Below, piece by piece: positions 1-9,241 of a DNA stretch of 64,000 nt. The DNA comes from Clostridia bacterium (GTDB lineage Bacteria > Bacillota > Clostridia > UMGS1883): NCBI GenBank assembly GCA_045651805.1, contig JAZRTB010000004.1:287-64286 (forward strand), written 5' to 3'. Position numbers and translations under genes: made by a program. The first letter of the stretch is position 1. Every line of letters starts with the position of its first letter. Under the pieces are notes generated by a model, which worked only from the letters and a program-made list of their open reading frames with translations, was not told the origin of the DNA and did no database searches.

Positions 1-75
1 CGCGCGCGTATATCAACGCACAAAAGCTATCTTCCGATGTATTTTTTCAATTAAATAACAAAAAATAAATTTTAG

Positions 76-104
76 TTGCATTTTTTCCTCTTTAGTGCTA
101 TAAT
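76..104 (+). promoter_or_regulatory. sigma-70-type promoter for the OPT/PqqD-like operon
   Basis: TTGCAT (76-81), 17-nt spacer, TATAAT (99-104). It lies about 40 nt upstream of the GGAGG RBS and the ATG at 147. Confidence 0.6.
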
Positions 105-146
105 GAAGTGATTTTTGTCGTTTTACGACAGTTTGGAGGCACATAT

Positions 147-2069
147 ATGAGTAAACAAAATGATTTTAAGCCGTATGTTCCTGCCGACAAGGTAATTCCC
201 GAAATCACAATTACTTCCGTAATAATGGGTATTATCCTTGCAGTAGTATTCGGCGCAGCAAACGCTTACCTGGGACTCAGGGTAGGTATGACGGTTTCTG
301 CTTCAATTCCTGCGGCAGTTATCGCAATGGGCGTTATCCGTGTAATAATGAAGAAGAATTCTATTCTTGAAAGCAACTTCGTACAGACAACCGGATCTGC
401 CGGAGAATCTGTTGCAGCAGGTGCGATATTCACACTTCCCGCACTTTTCCTCTGGGCAGCAGAGGGCGTTATGGACAAACCCGGAATTCTTGAAATCACC
501 ATTATCGCACTTCTTGGTGGTCTTCTCGGTGTGTTCTTTATGATACCTCTTCGTAATGCTCTTATCGTAAAGGAACACGGCGTTCTTCCCTATCCCGAAG
601 GAACTGCTTGTGCAGAAGTTCTCCTTGCAGGTGAAAAAGGTGGCGCTAATGCATCAACAGTATTTGCGGGTATGGGCTTTGCGGCACTCTTTAAGTTCAT
701 TATTGATGGACTTAAGGCTGTTCCCGGAGAAATCAGTTATTCATTCAAAAAGCTCATGGGATACCCCGGTGAAATCGGCACACAGATTTATCCTGCTGTA
801 CTCAGCGTAGGTTACATCTGCGGTCCCCGTATTTCTTCCTTTATGTTTGCAGGCGGTGTTCTCAGCTGGATGGTTCTTATTCCAATGATTGTAATTTTCG
901 GCGAGACACTTATTCTTGCTCCCGGTGAAGTTGCCATTGGAGAAATGTTTGCCGCAGGTGGCGCAAGCGCAATCTGGGACAGCTACATCAGATATATCGG
1001 TGCAGGTGCTCTTGCTGCAGGCGGTATAATCAGCCTTATCAAGTCACTTCCGCTTATCGTGACAACCTTCAGGGATTCTCTTAAGGGTATGTCAGCATCA
1101 AGCAACCGCTTGACAGACCGTACTTCAAGTGATATCAGCATCAAGATTGTTCTTATCGCTATTGCAATTCTCACTCTTCTTGTATGGCTTGTTCCTGCAG
1201 TTCCCGTATCACTTCTCGGTGCAATTGTTGTGGTTGTATTCGGTTTCTTCTTCGCAACAGTTTCATCACGTATGGTTGGTCTTGTAGGAAGCAGTAACAA
1301 CCCCGTATCAGGAATGTCAATCGCTACACTTCTTTTCGCAACACTTATACTTAAGGCTACAGGCGATGTTGGTGCGGCAGGAATGCATAGCGCAATTGCT
1401 ATCGGTTCAATCATTTGTATAGTTGCGGCAATTTCAGGTGATACGTCCCAGGACCTTAAGACAGGTTATCTTCTCGGTGCAACACCCAAGAAACAACAGA
1501 TTGGTGAAATCATCGGCGTTGTTGCATCAGCTCTTGCAATAGGTGCTACACTTTATCTTCTTGACGGTGCGTGGGGATTTGGTTCGGAAGAGCTTGCAGC
1601 TCCTCAAGCAACACTTATGAAGATGATTATTGAAGGCGTTATGGATGCAAACCTTCCCTGGGGGCTCGTTCTTATGGGTGTATTTTCAGCTATTGTAGTT
1701 GAACTTATCGGCGTTCCCGTTCTTCCCTTCGCAATAGGTATGTACCTTCCCGTACAGCTTAATGCATGTGTTATGGTTGGTGGTCTTGTTCGTCTGGTTA
1801 TGGATAAGCTTAAGAAGCCCGAAGAAGAAAAAACAGCAATTACAAACGACGGTATCCTTTTCTGTAGCGGTATGATTGCCGGTGAAGGTCTTGTTGGTAT
1901 TCTTCTTGCAGTTCTTGCTATTTTCGGTCTTGATAAGGTTATTGACCTTTCAGGAATGCTTGGTCTTTCTCCCATTGTTTCTTCAATCGGAAGCATCATA
2001 GCTCTTGTTGCAATTGTTCTTCTTATATTCAAATTCTCTCTCTGGAAGAAAAGAAGTAATAAGCAATGA
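147..2069 (+). CDS. OPT family oligopeptide transporter
   Basis: Long polytopic membrane ORF. The N-terminal block PEITITSVIMGIILAVVFGAANAYLGLRVGMTVSASIPAAV and the overall Gly/Ala-rich TM pattern are typical of the OPT superfamily. Start moved from 108 to ATG 147, which follows GGAGG. Confidence 0.9.
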   Translation: MSKQNDFKPYVPADKVIPEITITSVIMGIILAVVFGAANAYLGLRVGMTVSASIPAAVIAMGVIRVIMKKNSILESNFVQTTGSAGESVAAGAIFTLPALFLWAAEGVMDKPGILEITIIALLGGLLGVFFMIPLRNALIVKEHGVLPYPEGTACAEVLLAGEKGGANASTVFAGMGFAALFKFIIDGLKAVPGEISYSFKKLMGYPGEIGTQIYPAVLSVGYICGPRISSFMFAGGVLSWMVLIPMIVIFGETLILAPGEVAIGEMFAAGGASAIWDSYIRYIGAGALAAGGIISLIKSLPLIVTTFRDSLKGMSASSNRLTDRTSSDISIKIVLIAIAILTLLVWLVPAVPVSLLGAIVVVVFGFFFATVSSRMVGLVGSSNNPVSGMSIATLLFATLILKATGDVGAAGMHSAIAIGSIICIVAAISGDTSQDLKTGYLLGATPKKQQIGEIIGVVASALAIGATLYLLDGAWGFGSEELAAPQATLMKMIIEGVMDANLPWGLVLMGVFSAIVVELIGVPVLPFAIGMYLPVQLNACVMVGGLVRLVMDKLKKPEEEKTAITNDGILFCSGMIAGEGLVGILLAVLAIFGLDKVIDLSGMLGLSPIVSSIGSIIALVAIVLLIFKFSLWKKRSNKQ

Positions 2070-2410
2070 AAAAGCAATTAAGAAATGAAAATTACCTTGA
2101 ACGTGTTCCTCTCCGCAGTCAGCACATTAAATGGACCCTGGATGAAAATAGTATTGTAACTCTTGAAATCGAAAACACAGGATTCTTTAACAGAATGGCA
2201 CAGAAGCTTTTTCACAAACCTCCTGTCACCTATGTACATCTTGACGATACAGGAAGCTTTGTATGGCCTCTTATTGACGGAGAAAAGGACATTATCGAGT
2301 TGGGTGTTTCTGTTAAAGAACACTTCGGAGAAAAGGCAGAGCCTCTTTACGAAAGGCTGGCAAAATTCTTTCAGATACTTGAAAGCTATAATTTCATACA
2401 ATGGAAATAA
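2066..2410 (+). CDS. PqqD family (RRE-like) small protein
   Basis: 114 aa. The LDDTGSFVWPLIDGEKDIIELGVSVKEHF...LYERLAKFFQILESYNFI pattern matches the PqqD-type winged-helix peptide-binding fold. Its ATG overlaps the OPT stop (ATGA), indicating translational coupling. Confidence 0.7.
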   Translation: MKKQLRNENYLERVPLRSQHIKWTLDENSIVTLEIENTGFFNRMAQKLFHKPPVTYVHLDDTGSFVWPLIDGEKDIIELGVSVKEHFGEKAEPLYERLAKFFQILESYNFIQWK

Positions 2411-2445
2411 AGAAATCCCGTATGCAATGCATACGGGATTTCTTT
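2409..2445. terminator. bidirectional intrinsic terminator hairpin
   Basis: Stem of about 16 bp, AAGAAATCCCGTATG/CATACGGGATTTCTT, between the convergent PqqD-like (+) and RND (-) genes. Flanks are A/T-rich on both sides. Confidence 0.75.
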
Positions 2446-2446
2446 A

Positions 2447-5400
2447 TTACTCTTCAGTTTCTGCTTTAAGTTTCTCTGCCTTTTCTGCCTTCTTTGCGGC
2501 TTTTCTTTCGGCACGTACAACAAGCTTTTCCTCAACTATCGAATACACAACAGGTATTACAAAAAGAGTAAGGAATGTACCTACAGCAAGACCGCCTACA
2601 AGAGCTACTGCAAGGGGCTGCATCATTACACCGCCGCCTTCGGAATCCATTGCCATAGGCAGGAAGCCGAGGATTGATGTAAGCGATGTCATCAGAATGG
2701 GCCTCATTCTTACGATACCTGCATTTACTACTCTGTCTTTTATGGACATATCGGGATTTTCTTTCTTCTGGTCATTTATAAACTCAATAAGCACAATAGC
2801 ATTATTAACTATAATACCGATAAGCATCAATATACCTATCATACTTACAACAGAAAGAGGTGTTCCCGCAACCACAAGTCCAAGCACAACGCCTATCATA
2901 GCCAGAGGAAGTGTACAAAGGATTATAAGAGGCTGAACAGTATTTTCAAACTGCGCCGCCATAATCATATACATAAGAAGTATACCGAGAAGAATTGCTA
3001 TAACAAGCGAGGACATTGCATCCATCATCATTTCAAAGGTGCCTGAATCCTGCTGTGAAATGCCGTCCACAGCACCAAGTTCCTTATCAAGAAGTTCATT
3101 GAACTTTTTATTTACAGTACCCATATCAGTACCGTAAATTTCACCATTCAGCGTTACTACACGTTTCTGGTCTATACGAGTGAGAGTCGTCTGACCCTGC
3201 TCGGTATATATATCTGCAATATCTGACAATGCAATCCATTGTCCCATAGGACTCTTGATACGAAGTTTTTTAAGTTCTTCATAATTTGCTACATAATCAT
3301 CAGGGTAAACTACCTTGATATCGTATTCCGCACCATTTTCCGTGAATTCGGAAGCTTTTGCCCCGTTAAGAGCATGACTTATCATAGTAGTCGCATAAGC
3401 AGTATTTATGCCATAGCGTGCCGCACTTGCCTGATTAAGTTTAATTCTTACTTCAGATTTTGTTTCGCTTATAGAAGTTTCAGTTGCTACTACACCATCA
3501 ATACCTGCAAGAATTTTTTCCGCTTTGAGGACGTATTCTTCAAGAGCCTCATCGTCATTTCCCACAAACTGGAAGCTTACGCTGTCAGACGAGAAGGATA
3601 AAGTCTGATTTGACGCTTCAACAGCAATCACCGCACCTGAAATATCCGAGAGCATTTCACGGATGTCCTGAACGGCTTCCTGTGTTGACTGTTTTCTGTC
3701 AGCTTTCAAAGTAAGAGTAACTGTCGCCTGATTTCCGCTTGATGAACCGAGCATACTCATCATTCCGCCTGAACCGACACTTGAAGATATATTTTCTACT
3801 GCTTCATATTTCTTAACGATGCTTTCAATTTCCTTAACAAGATTATCCGTAGTTTCAAGCTGAGTGCCCTGAGGCATCTCTATTGAAATTGAAACTGTAC
3901 CTTCGTCACTTGACGGCATAAGTGTCATTCCAAGGAAGGAAAGAACCACCATGCTGAGAACAAACAGGGCCATTACCCCCGCAAGGAACATTTTTCTTTT
4001 TTTAAGCACATATCTGATGGATTTTTCATATACACCGTAAAGGTAATTCATCATTTTTTCAAACGGAGTAAGTATAAACCCAAAAGTCTTGTTTCTTTCG
4101 CCGAGATTTTCAATCTTTGAAGAAAGCATCGGCACGATAAGCATTGTTACAAGAAGCGATGCCGTCTGTGAAAATACAATGGTAAATGCAAGCTGTTTGA
4201 ACATTACAGCCATAAGATTATCAATAAACAGAATCGGAACGTAAACAATACAGGTTGTAAGAACAGATGCGATAACTGCACCGATAACTTCTCCCGTACC
4301 TTTCATTGCACCGACAGAAGCATCTTCCCCATAGGTCTTTCTTCTTCGGAATATATTTTCCAGCACAACTACCGCATTATCTACCAGCATACCGACACCA
4401 AGTGCCAGACCGCCGAGAGAAACGATATTGAGCGTCATTCCTGAAAGATACATACCGATAAACGTAGTAACAACAGATACCGGCATTGATACACCGATTA
4501 CAAGAGCATTTCTCATATTTCCGAGGAAAAGGAAAAGAATAAGTATTGCAAGCAAACCGCCTATGATAGCACTTTGAGCAACAGAAGCAATTGATTCCTC
4601 AATATAGCTTGCCTGCTCCATTGTTACAGTATAATTGAATTTAGGATGTTGAGCTTTTATTTGCTCAAGAGCCTTGGTAACACCTTTTACTACGTCAACA
4701 GTATTTGCATCTGATTCACCGCTTATGGAAACAGATATGGAGTTTTCACCGTTTATACGTGAAAAGGTTTCTTCCTTGAGATATGCATCGCTTATATTTG
4801 CAATATCTTTTATGTAAACAATCTGCCCCTGCGCCGTGGTAAGAGGAACGAGTCCGATATCGGAAATTTTGCTGAATTCGCCCATCATACGCACAGATAA
4901 ATCTTTGCCCGTAGCCGTAGTGTTACCTGCAGGAAGGTTATTATTCTGTGCCGCGATAGAACTTACAATATCCGAGAACGACATATTGTAGTTCTGCAGT
5001 TTGTTCGGATCTACTTCAATTTCCACAATACGGTCTCTGCCGCCGCTTACAGATACTGAAGCAACTCCGCCTGCAGATTTGATTTTAGGTTCAACGTTAT
5101 CCTCTATAAACTGCTTTGTCTGCACCAGGTCGTAACCTTCATATGATACAGATATCATCATAGTCGCAAGAGAATCCATATCCATTTTCAGAACGGTTGG
5201 TTCTGATGCACCTTCGGGAAGAAATCCCGATATCATATCAATATTGTTTTTAATTGTACTTATTGCCTCATCTATATCGGTATCATTGGTGAACTGGACA
5301 ATGACCAGCGACATTCCTTCCATAGACTGACTTTGCATGGTATCAAGCCCTGAAACAGATGCAACCGCTTCTTCTATAGGTTTTGTCACAAGATTTTCAA

Positions 5401-5575
5401 TTTCTTCCGAACCGACATTGGCATAGTTTGTCATTACAATTGCCATCTTAAGGTCCATTTCAGGCATCGCATCAATAGGAAGCATTGATAACGAATATGC
5501 ACCCAAAACGACAAAAATAAGAACAACCATTGTAACGGCTATGGGACGTTTTACTGATAATTCATGTAGTTTCAT
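2447..5575 (-). CDS. efflux RND transporter permease subunit (AcrB/HAE-type)
   Basis: 1042 aa with a 12-TM, two-large-loop architecture. The N-terminus MKLHELSVKRPIAVTMVVLIFVVLGAYS and the GGLALGVGMLVDNAVVVLENI motif are characteristic of the AcrB/AcrD/AcrF family. Confidence 0.93.
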   Translation of the reverse strand: MKLHELSVKRPIAVTMVVLIFVVLGAYSLSMLPIDAMPEMDLKMAIVMTNYANVGSEEIENLVTKPIEEAVASVSGLDTMQSQSMEGMSLVIVQFTNDTDIDEAISTIKNNIDMISGFLPEGASEPTVLKMDMDSLATMMISVSYEGYDLVQTKQFIEDNVEPKIKSAGGVASVSVSGGRDRIVEIEVDPNKLQNYNMSFSDIVSSIAAQNNNLPAGNTTATGKDLSVRMMGEFSKISDIGLVPLTTAQGQIVYIKDIANISDAYLKEETFSRINGENSISVSISGESDANTVDVVKGVTKALEQIKAQHPKFNYTVTMEQASYIEESIASVAQSAIIGGLLAILILFLFLGNMRNALVIGVSMPVSVVTTFIGMYLSGMTLNIVSLGGLALGVGMLVDNAVVVLENIFRRRKTYGEDASVGAMKGTGEVIGAVIASVLTTCIVYVPILFIDNLMAVMFKQLAFTIVFSQTASLLVTMLIVPMLSSKIENLGERNKTFGFILTPFEKMMNYLYGVYEKSIRYVLKKRKMFLAGVMALFVLSMVVLSFLGMTLMPSSDEGTVSISIEMPQGTQLETTDNLVKEIESIVKKYEAVENISSSVGSGGMMSMLGSSSGNQATVTLTLKADRKQSTQEAVQDIREMLSDISGAVIAVEASNQTLSFSSDSVSFQFVGNDDEALEEYVLKAEKILAGIDGVVATETSISETKSEVRIKLNQASAARYGINTAYATTMISHALNGAKASEFTENGAEYDIKVVYPDDYVANYEELKKLRIKSPMGQWIALSDIADIYTEQGQTTLTRIDQKRVVTLNGEIYGTDMGTVNKKFNELLDKELGAVDGISQQDSGTFEMMMDAMSSLVIAILLGILLMYMIMAAQFENTVQPLIILCTLPLAMIGVVLGLVVAGTPLSVVSMIGILMLIGIIVNNAIVLIEFINDQKKENPDMSIKDRVVNAGIVRMRPILMTSLTSILGFLPMAMDSEGGGVMMQPLAVALVGGLAVGTFLTLFVIPVVYSIVEEKLVVRAERKAAKKAEKAEKLKAETEE

Positions 5576-5590
5576 TATTTGTCGCCTTTC

Positions 5591-6628
5591 TTAATCTACA
5601 ATCTTAATGGCAGTATTTTTCTCTGAAATATACTCTTTTCCCGATACGATTACTTCATCACCTACAGATATTCCTGAAATGATTTCTACTTTTTCGTCAG
5701 TAACTATTCCTGTTACCACGTCAACTCTTCTTGCGTTTTCTCCATCGGCTACATACACATATTTTGTGCCATCATCCGCATCAAGAAGTGCATTTGATGA
5801 AATAACTATAGCCTCGGTTGATTCATTCAATGTAATTTCAACTTCCGCAAACATACCATCTTTTATAACGGAATTTTCCTCTATGCCGATAATTACTTTG
5901 TACATTCCTGTGTATGCATCTTTTGTAACGCCTACATTTTTCACAGTTGCTTCAACATCTTCAAGTCCTGCTGCTTTGACACTCACAGTTGCTTTTGAAC
6001 CTACGGCTATATTTGAAATGACAGATTCGGTAACATTTACCTGAACCTCAACTTCAGCAGATTTAATTGAAAATATTTCTACACCCGGAGAAATAAGCTG
6101 TCCCGGATTTGTATTTCTGCCTGCAATATAACCTGAAATAGGTGCAGTAACAATAGTATTATTAAGAGCATTACGAGCCATTTGCAAATTAAGACTTGCA
6201 TTTTCAAATGCTGCCTCAGCAGAATCAAATGCCACTTTACTTATTGCTCCGTTCTCATAAAGGTATTTTTGGTTTTCATAGTTTGTCTTAGCCTGATTAT
6301 ATGCCACCTGTGCCAGATTCAACTGTGTGCGGTAATCTGTATCGTCAATTGTAGCAAGGGTTTCACCTTTCGTTACATAATCCCCGATATCTTTGAGTAC
6401 ACTTCTCGCTGTTCCGCTTGCCTTTGCAGAAACACTTGCGGACTCTGTCGCTTTTACTTCTCCTGAATATGTTACTGAATCCGCGATAGATGTTTCCGTA
6501 ACCTTCTCTACTTTTACATTTATCGCCGATGAATCAGTACTCTTTACTGTTGTATCGGTTTTTTTACCGCAGCCTGTAAACGAAAGCGCCATAATTACGC
6601 AAAGTGCTGTAAGCGTAAATCTTTTCAT
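5591..6628 (-). CDS. efflux RND transporter periplasmic adaptor (MFP/HlyD-like) lipoprotein
   Basis: 345 aa. Lipobox LSFTGC after the signal peptide, followed by a biotinyl-lipoyl-like/coiled-coil/beta-barrel pattern. Sits immediately upstream of the RND permease. Confidence 0.9.
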   Translation of the reverse strand: MKRFTLTALCVIMALSFTGCGKKTDTTVKSTDSSAINVKVEKVTETSIADSVTYSGEVKATESASVSAKASGTARSVLKDIGDYVTKGETLATIDDTDYRTQLNLAQVAYNQAKTNYENQKYLYENGAISKVAFDSAEAAFENASLNLQMARNALNNTIVTAPISGYIAGRNTNPGQLISPGVEIFSIKSAEVEVQVNVTESVISNIAVGSKATVSVKAAGLEDVEATVKNVGVTKDAYTGMYKVIIGIEENSVIKDGMFAEVEITLNESTEAIVISSNALLDADDGTKYVYVADGENARRVDVVTGIVTDEKVEIISGISVGDEVIVSGKEYISEKNTAIKIVD

Positions 6629-6646
6629 TTTATTCAGTCCCCTTTT

Positions 6647-7747
6647 TTAATTAATTCCTGTTGTTATTTCATAACCATATTTTTCAACTGCCAGCTTATA
6701 GCTAAGCTTTGCATTTTCAAGCTCAATCTTCGCATTTGAAACAGCGTTAAGCGCACCTGTAAGTTGAGTATTTGTTATCATTCCCAAGTCGTACTGAAGC
6801 TTTGCCACATTATATTCCTGTGTCCTGAGGTCAACACTCGTTTCTGCCAGTTTCAATGCATCTGCCGCATTGACTATCTCATTATATGCTGAAATTATTG
6901 AAAGTCCTATAAGCTTTTTTGAGTTCGTATATGTATACTGACTTTGAACCAGAGACTGATTTGCCGCTGAATATTCGGAAGATTTATATCCAAGTACCGT
7001 TGTTGCTTTAAGATATCTTTCTGCCTGTTCACAATTTGATTTCAATAAATAAACATCAAGTCTTGTTTCCATCGCATTTTCAATATCTTCGCTTACATTT
7101 GACTCAAACGGTTGATATTCAATTCCATCAGTAAGAATGAGTGTAGCATCCTGCCCGTCAATCTGAAGAGAAATCTTAAGATTTTCTTTTGCAAGAGAAA
7201 GATTTCTTTCATATTTGTCAACAGCAGCTTTCGCCTGCATAAGCGCATATTCCGCATTGTTAACTTCAAGCTGAGAAACAAGGCCTCTGTCAAACTGAAT
7301 ATCTATTGTATTTTTATTGTCACTTGCCATTTTGTATGCATCACGGGCACTGTTCAAAACTGCTTCAGCAAGTATTACCGAATAGTACTTTTGTGTGATT
7401 TCATACTTAAGGGTGTTTTCCGCTTTGATTCTCTCCCTCTTGGCACTTTCAACACCTATTTTTGCCTGTTCCACATAGTAACCCTGTTTAACGGGAACAA
7501 GACTGAAGGCGGAAGGAAGACGTATAACACCTTTCACTTCCTTCTGATCTTTCTTTGCTTCTTCAAGCTGTTTTTCTGCATTTTTAATCGCCGTATCAGC
7601 ACTGATAAAGCCCGGATTATCCTTTGTCGCTATCTCGATTGCTTCTTCAAGACTTAAAGTATATGTGACACTTTCTGCACAGACACTTACTGACAAAAAG
7701 GCCGATATGATTGATATTGCAATTATTATCGCAAGACATTTTTTCAT
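6647..7747 (-). CDS. TolC family outer-membrane-factor-like protein
   Basis: 366 aa. Signal peptide, then two repeats of long helical segments with the TolC-like pattern (LSLEEAIEIA..., QLEVNNAEYALMQAKAAV..., LQYDLGMITNTQLTGALNAVSNAKIELENAK). First gene of the efflux operon. Confidence 0.75.
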   Translation of the reverse strand: MKKCLAIIIAISIISAFLSVSVCAESVTYTLSLEEAIEIATKDNPGFISADTAIKNAEKQLEEAKKDQKEVKGVIRLPSAFSLVPVKQGYYVEQAKIGVESAKRERIKAENTLKYEITQKYYSVILAEAVLNSARDAYKMASDNKNTIDIQFDRGLVSQLEVNNAEYALMQAKAAVDKYERNLSLAKENLKISLQIDGQDATLILTDGIEYQPFESNVSEDIENAMETRLDVYLLKSNCEQAERYLKATTVLGYKSSEYSAANQSLVQSQYTYTNSKKLIGLSIISAYNEIVNAADALKLAETSVDLRTQEYNVAKLQYDLGMITNTQLTGALNAVSNAKIELENAKLSYKLAVEKYGYEITTGIN

Positions 7748-7782
7748 TTATATCATCCTTTCTTACATATACAACAGAATCT

Positions 7783-7811
7783 ATACTACACCTTTCATTT
7801 TCCGCAGTCAA
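7783..7811 (-). promoter_or_regulatory. promoter of the TolC-like/MFP/RND operon
   Basis: On the minus strand: TTGACT, 17 nt, TAGTAT. About 35 nt upstream of the RBS and ATG at 7747. Confidence 0.55.
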
Positions 7812-7862
7812 TAATTTCATTATTTTTTTTACAATTTATTCATACACATCAGAACAAATTAA

Positions 7863-7889
7863 AACCTCCCGAAATGCATCCGGGAGGTT
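7863..7889 (-). terminator. intrinsic terminator of greA
   Basis: AACCTCCCG/CGGGAGGTT 9-bp GC-rich stem directly after the greA stop, followed on the minus strand by UUAAUUUGUU. Confidence 0.75.
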
Positions 7890-7893
7890 CGGA

Positions 7894-8367
7894 TTATTTA
7901 GATATACTTAAAATCTCATACTCAAGCTTACCCATAGGAGCTTCAACAACTACCACTTCGCCTGCTGAATGACCGAGAAGTGCAAGACCGAGAGGAGATT
8001 CGTCAGAAATCTTACCCTTCATGGGGTCCGCCTCTGTTGAACCAACGATAAGATACTCTGCCTCTTCCTTATCGTCAAGGTCTTTTACAACAACCTTTGC
8101 ACCGATTGAAACAACGCCTGTATCAACACCGTCTTCATCTATAATCTCAACGTTCTTGAGCATATTTTCAATTTCAGCAATTCTTGCCTCAATTTCTGCC
8201 TGCTCGTTCTTTGCTTCATCATACTCGCTGTTTTCTGACAAGTCACCAAATGACTTAGCAACCTTCAGCGCAGCTGTATTTTCCTTTCTTCTGACGTTTT
8301 TAAGATTGTCAAGTTCATCCTGCAATCTCTGAAGTCCTTCGTTAGTAAGCAATACTTTCTTTGCCAT
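7894..8367 (-). CDS. greA: transcription elongation factor GreA
   Basis: MAKKVLLTNEGLQRLQDELDNLKNVRRKE... coiled-coil N-domain plus C-terminal FKBP-like domain (ISDESPLGLALLGHSAGEVV). Start set at ATG 8367 behind a GGAAAGAGG RBS rather than at 8439. Confidence 0.93.
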   Translation of the reverse strand: MAKKVLLTNEGLQRLQDELDNLKNVRRKENTAALKVAKSFGDLSENSEYDEAKNEQAEIEARIAEIENMLKNVEIIDEDGVDTGVVSIGAKVVVKDLDDKEEAEYLIVGSTEADPMKGKISDESPLGLALLGHSAGEVVVVEAPMGKLEYEILSISK

Positions 8368-8419
8368 TTTTAAAACCTCTTTCCATTCTCCTAATAAATA
8401 CACTCTTGTTATTATATTA

Positions 8420-9178
8420 TTAAATTTGGTTCGTGTCAAGCAAAAAAATTTTATCTGCTGATTTGTTTATATCAACTTCTGCATTTTCCGATGGAATTTC
8501 TCCAAAAAGCGAGTACAAAGCAAGTCCGCTTTTTCCTCCGAAGCACTTGCATATCCCCGCAATTTTTTCATCATATACAAGAATATTTCCTGCCTTTACT
8601 ACATTCTCCGTAAACACTTCTTCATCCGAAAAATCTATTACGGGAATTGTTTTATCTGACGGAATCCAGTCAGGATTGCATCTTATTACAACAGAATCTT
8701 CGGTAATATTTCCGAATGACGGAATGTGACGGATTATCAATCCGTACTTAAAATACAGTTCGTCATAAAGGGTTACTACCGGATTCTGCTCGGACACAAC
8801 CGTAAATACGCGGCATAATCCGTTTAATTGCGCAGCAAAAGCACACGCCTGCTCTGACGACCCAAGAATATATACTTCCTCTACAGGAAGTTCCTTTTTA
8901 AATTTATACGCTGTTTGTCTGAAAATTTTATTTATTACCGGAGTTGTCTCTTTATACGAAAAAGAGCTGTACTCTGTAAGTTTGTCTTTCAGGATTTTTT
9001 CATTTCTGCTTTGCACCTTTACAACTATATTGGTACCACAAAAAGTTTTCCTCAATTTCCCTATGGCACGCAAACTGTTTCTTATACTTAAAACTGTCAC
9101 ATTTTCATACTCACTGCTGATACATTTACGCGGAAACATCCGCTTTTCGTTAATTGATAGCACAACTGTTTTTCTCAA
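8420..9178 (-). CDS. hypothetical protein (no family recognised)
   Basis: 252-codon ORF with a TTG start 8 nt after AGGAGGG. No motif I can name, and the start is uncertain (an internal Met at codon 14 is possible). Confidence 0.5.
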   Translation of the reverse strand: MRKTVVLSINEKRMFPRKCISSEYENVTVLSIRNSLRAIGKLRKTFCGTNIVVKVQSRNEKILKDKLTEYSSFSYKETTPVINKIFRQTAYKFKKELPVEEVYILGSSEQACAFAAQLNGLCRVFTVVSEQNPVVTLYDELYFKYGLIIRHIPSFGNITEDSVVIRCNPDWIPSDKTIPVIDFSDEEVFTENVVKAGNILVYDEKIAGICKCFGGKSGLALYSLFGEIPSENAEVDINKSADKIFLLDTNQI

Positions 9179-9180
9179 AA

Positions 9181-9220
9181 AAATCCCTCCTTTTTTAATA
9201 CTACTGTAAAGGAGGGATTT
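9181..9220 (-). terminator. intrinsic terminator of comEA (3' arm doubles as the RBS of the next gene)
   Basis: AAATCCCTCCTTT/AAAGGAGGGATTT 13-bp stem, followed on the minus strand by a run of 7 U. Confidence 0.75.
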
Positions 9221-9241
9221 TTATTCTTATTGAAGATGAAT

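Noticed and set aside
266-2077. Several minus-strand ORFs (266-502, 303-578, 983-1414, 1604-2077) inside the OPT transporter gene
   Set aside because: All lie entirely antisense to a long, clearly recognisable membrane-protein gene. They have no RBS, and their Pro/Arg/Ile-rich composition is typical of antisense frames.
2163-2936. 257-aa plus-strand ORF spanning the PqqD-like gene 3' end and the RND gene 3' end
   Set aside because: It is out of frame with a well-supported small gene and antisense to the RND permease. The product is low-complexity (S/T/I/F-rich) with no RBS, so it is an artefact of the opposite-strand coding sequence.
5607-6650. Plus-strand ORFs antisense to the MFP adaptor gene (5607-6044, 6182-6466, 6393-6650), and similar Ser/Thr/Pro-rich antisense ORFs elsewhere (for example 8021-8332, 9261-9608, 11609-11950, 22099-22602, 23542-24171, 25163-25471, 26273-26953, 62322-62696)
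   Set aside because: They mirror the codon structure of the strong opposite-strand genes, are low-complexity and lack translation signals.
6647-7747. Inferring a diderm (Negativicutes/Halanaerobiales-type) envelope from the TolC-like gene alone
   Set aside because: A single OMF-like gene is not proof of an outer membrane, and the window contains no Bam, Lpt or LPS genes. It is left as an open question in the finding on the efflux operon.
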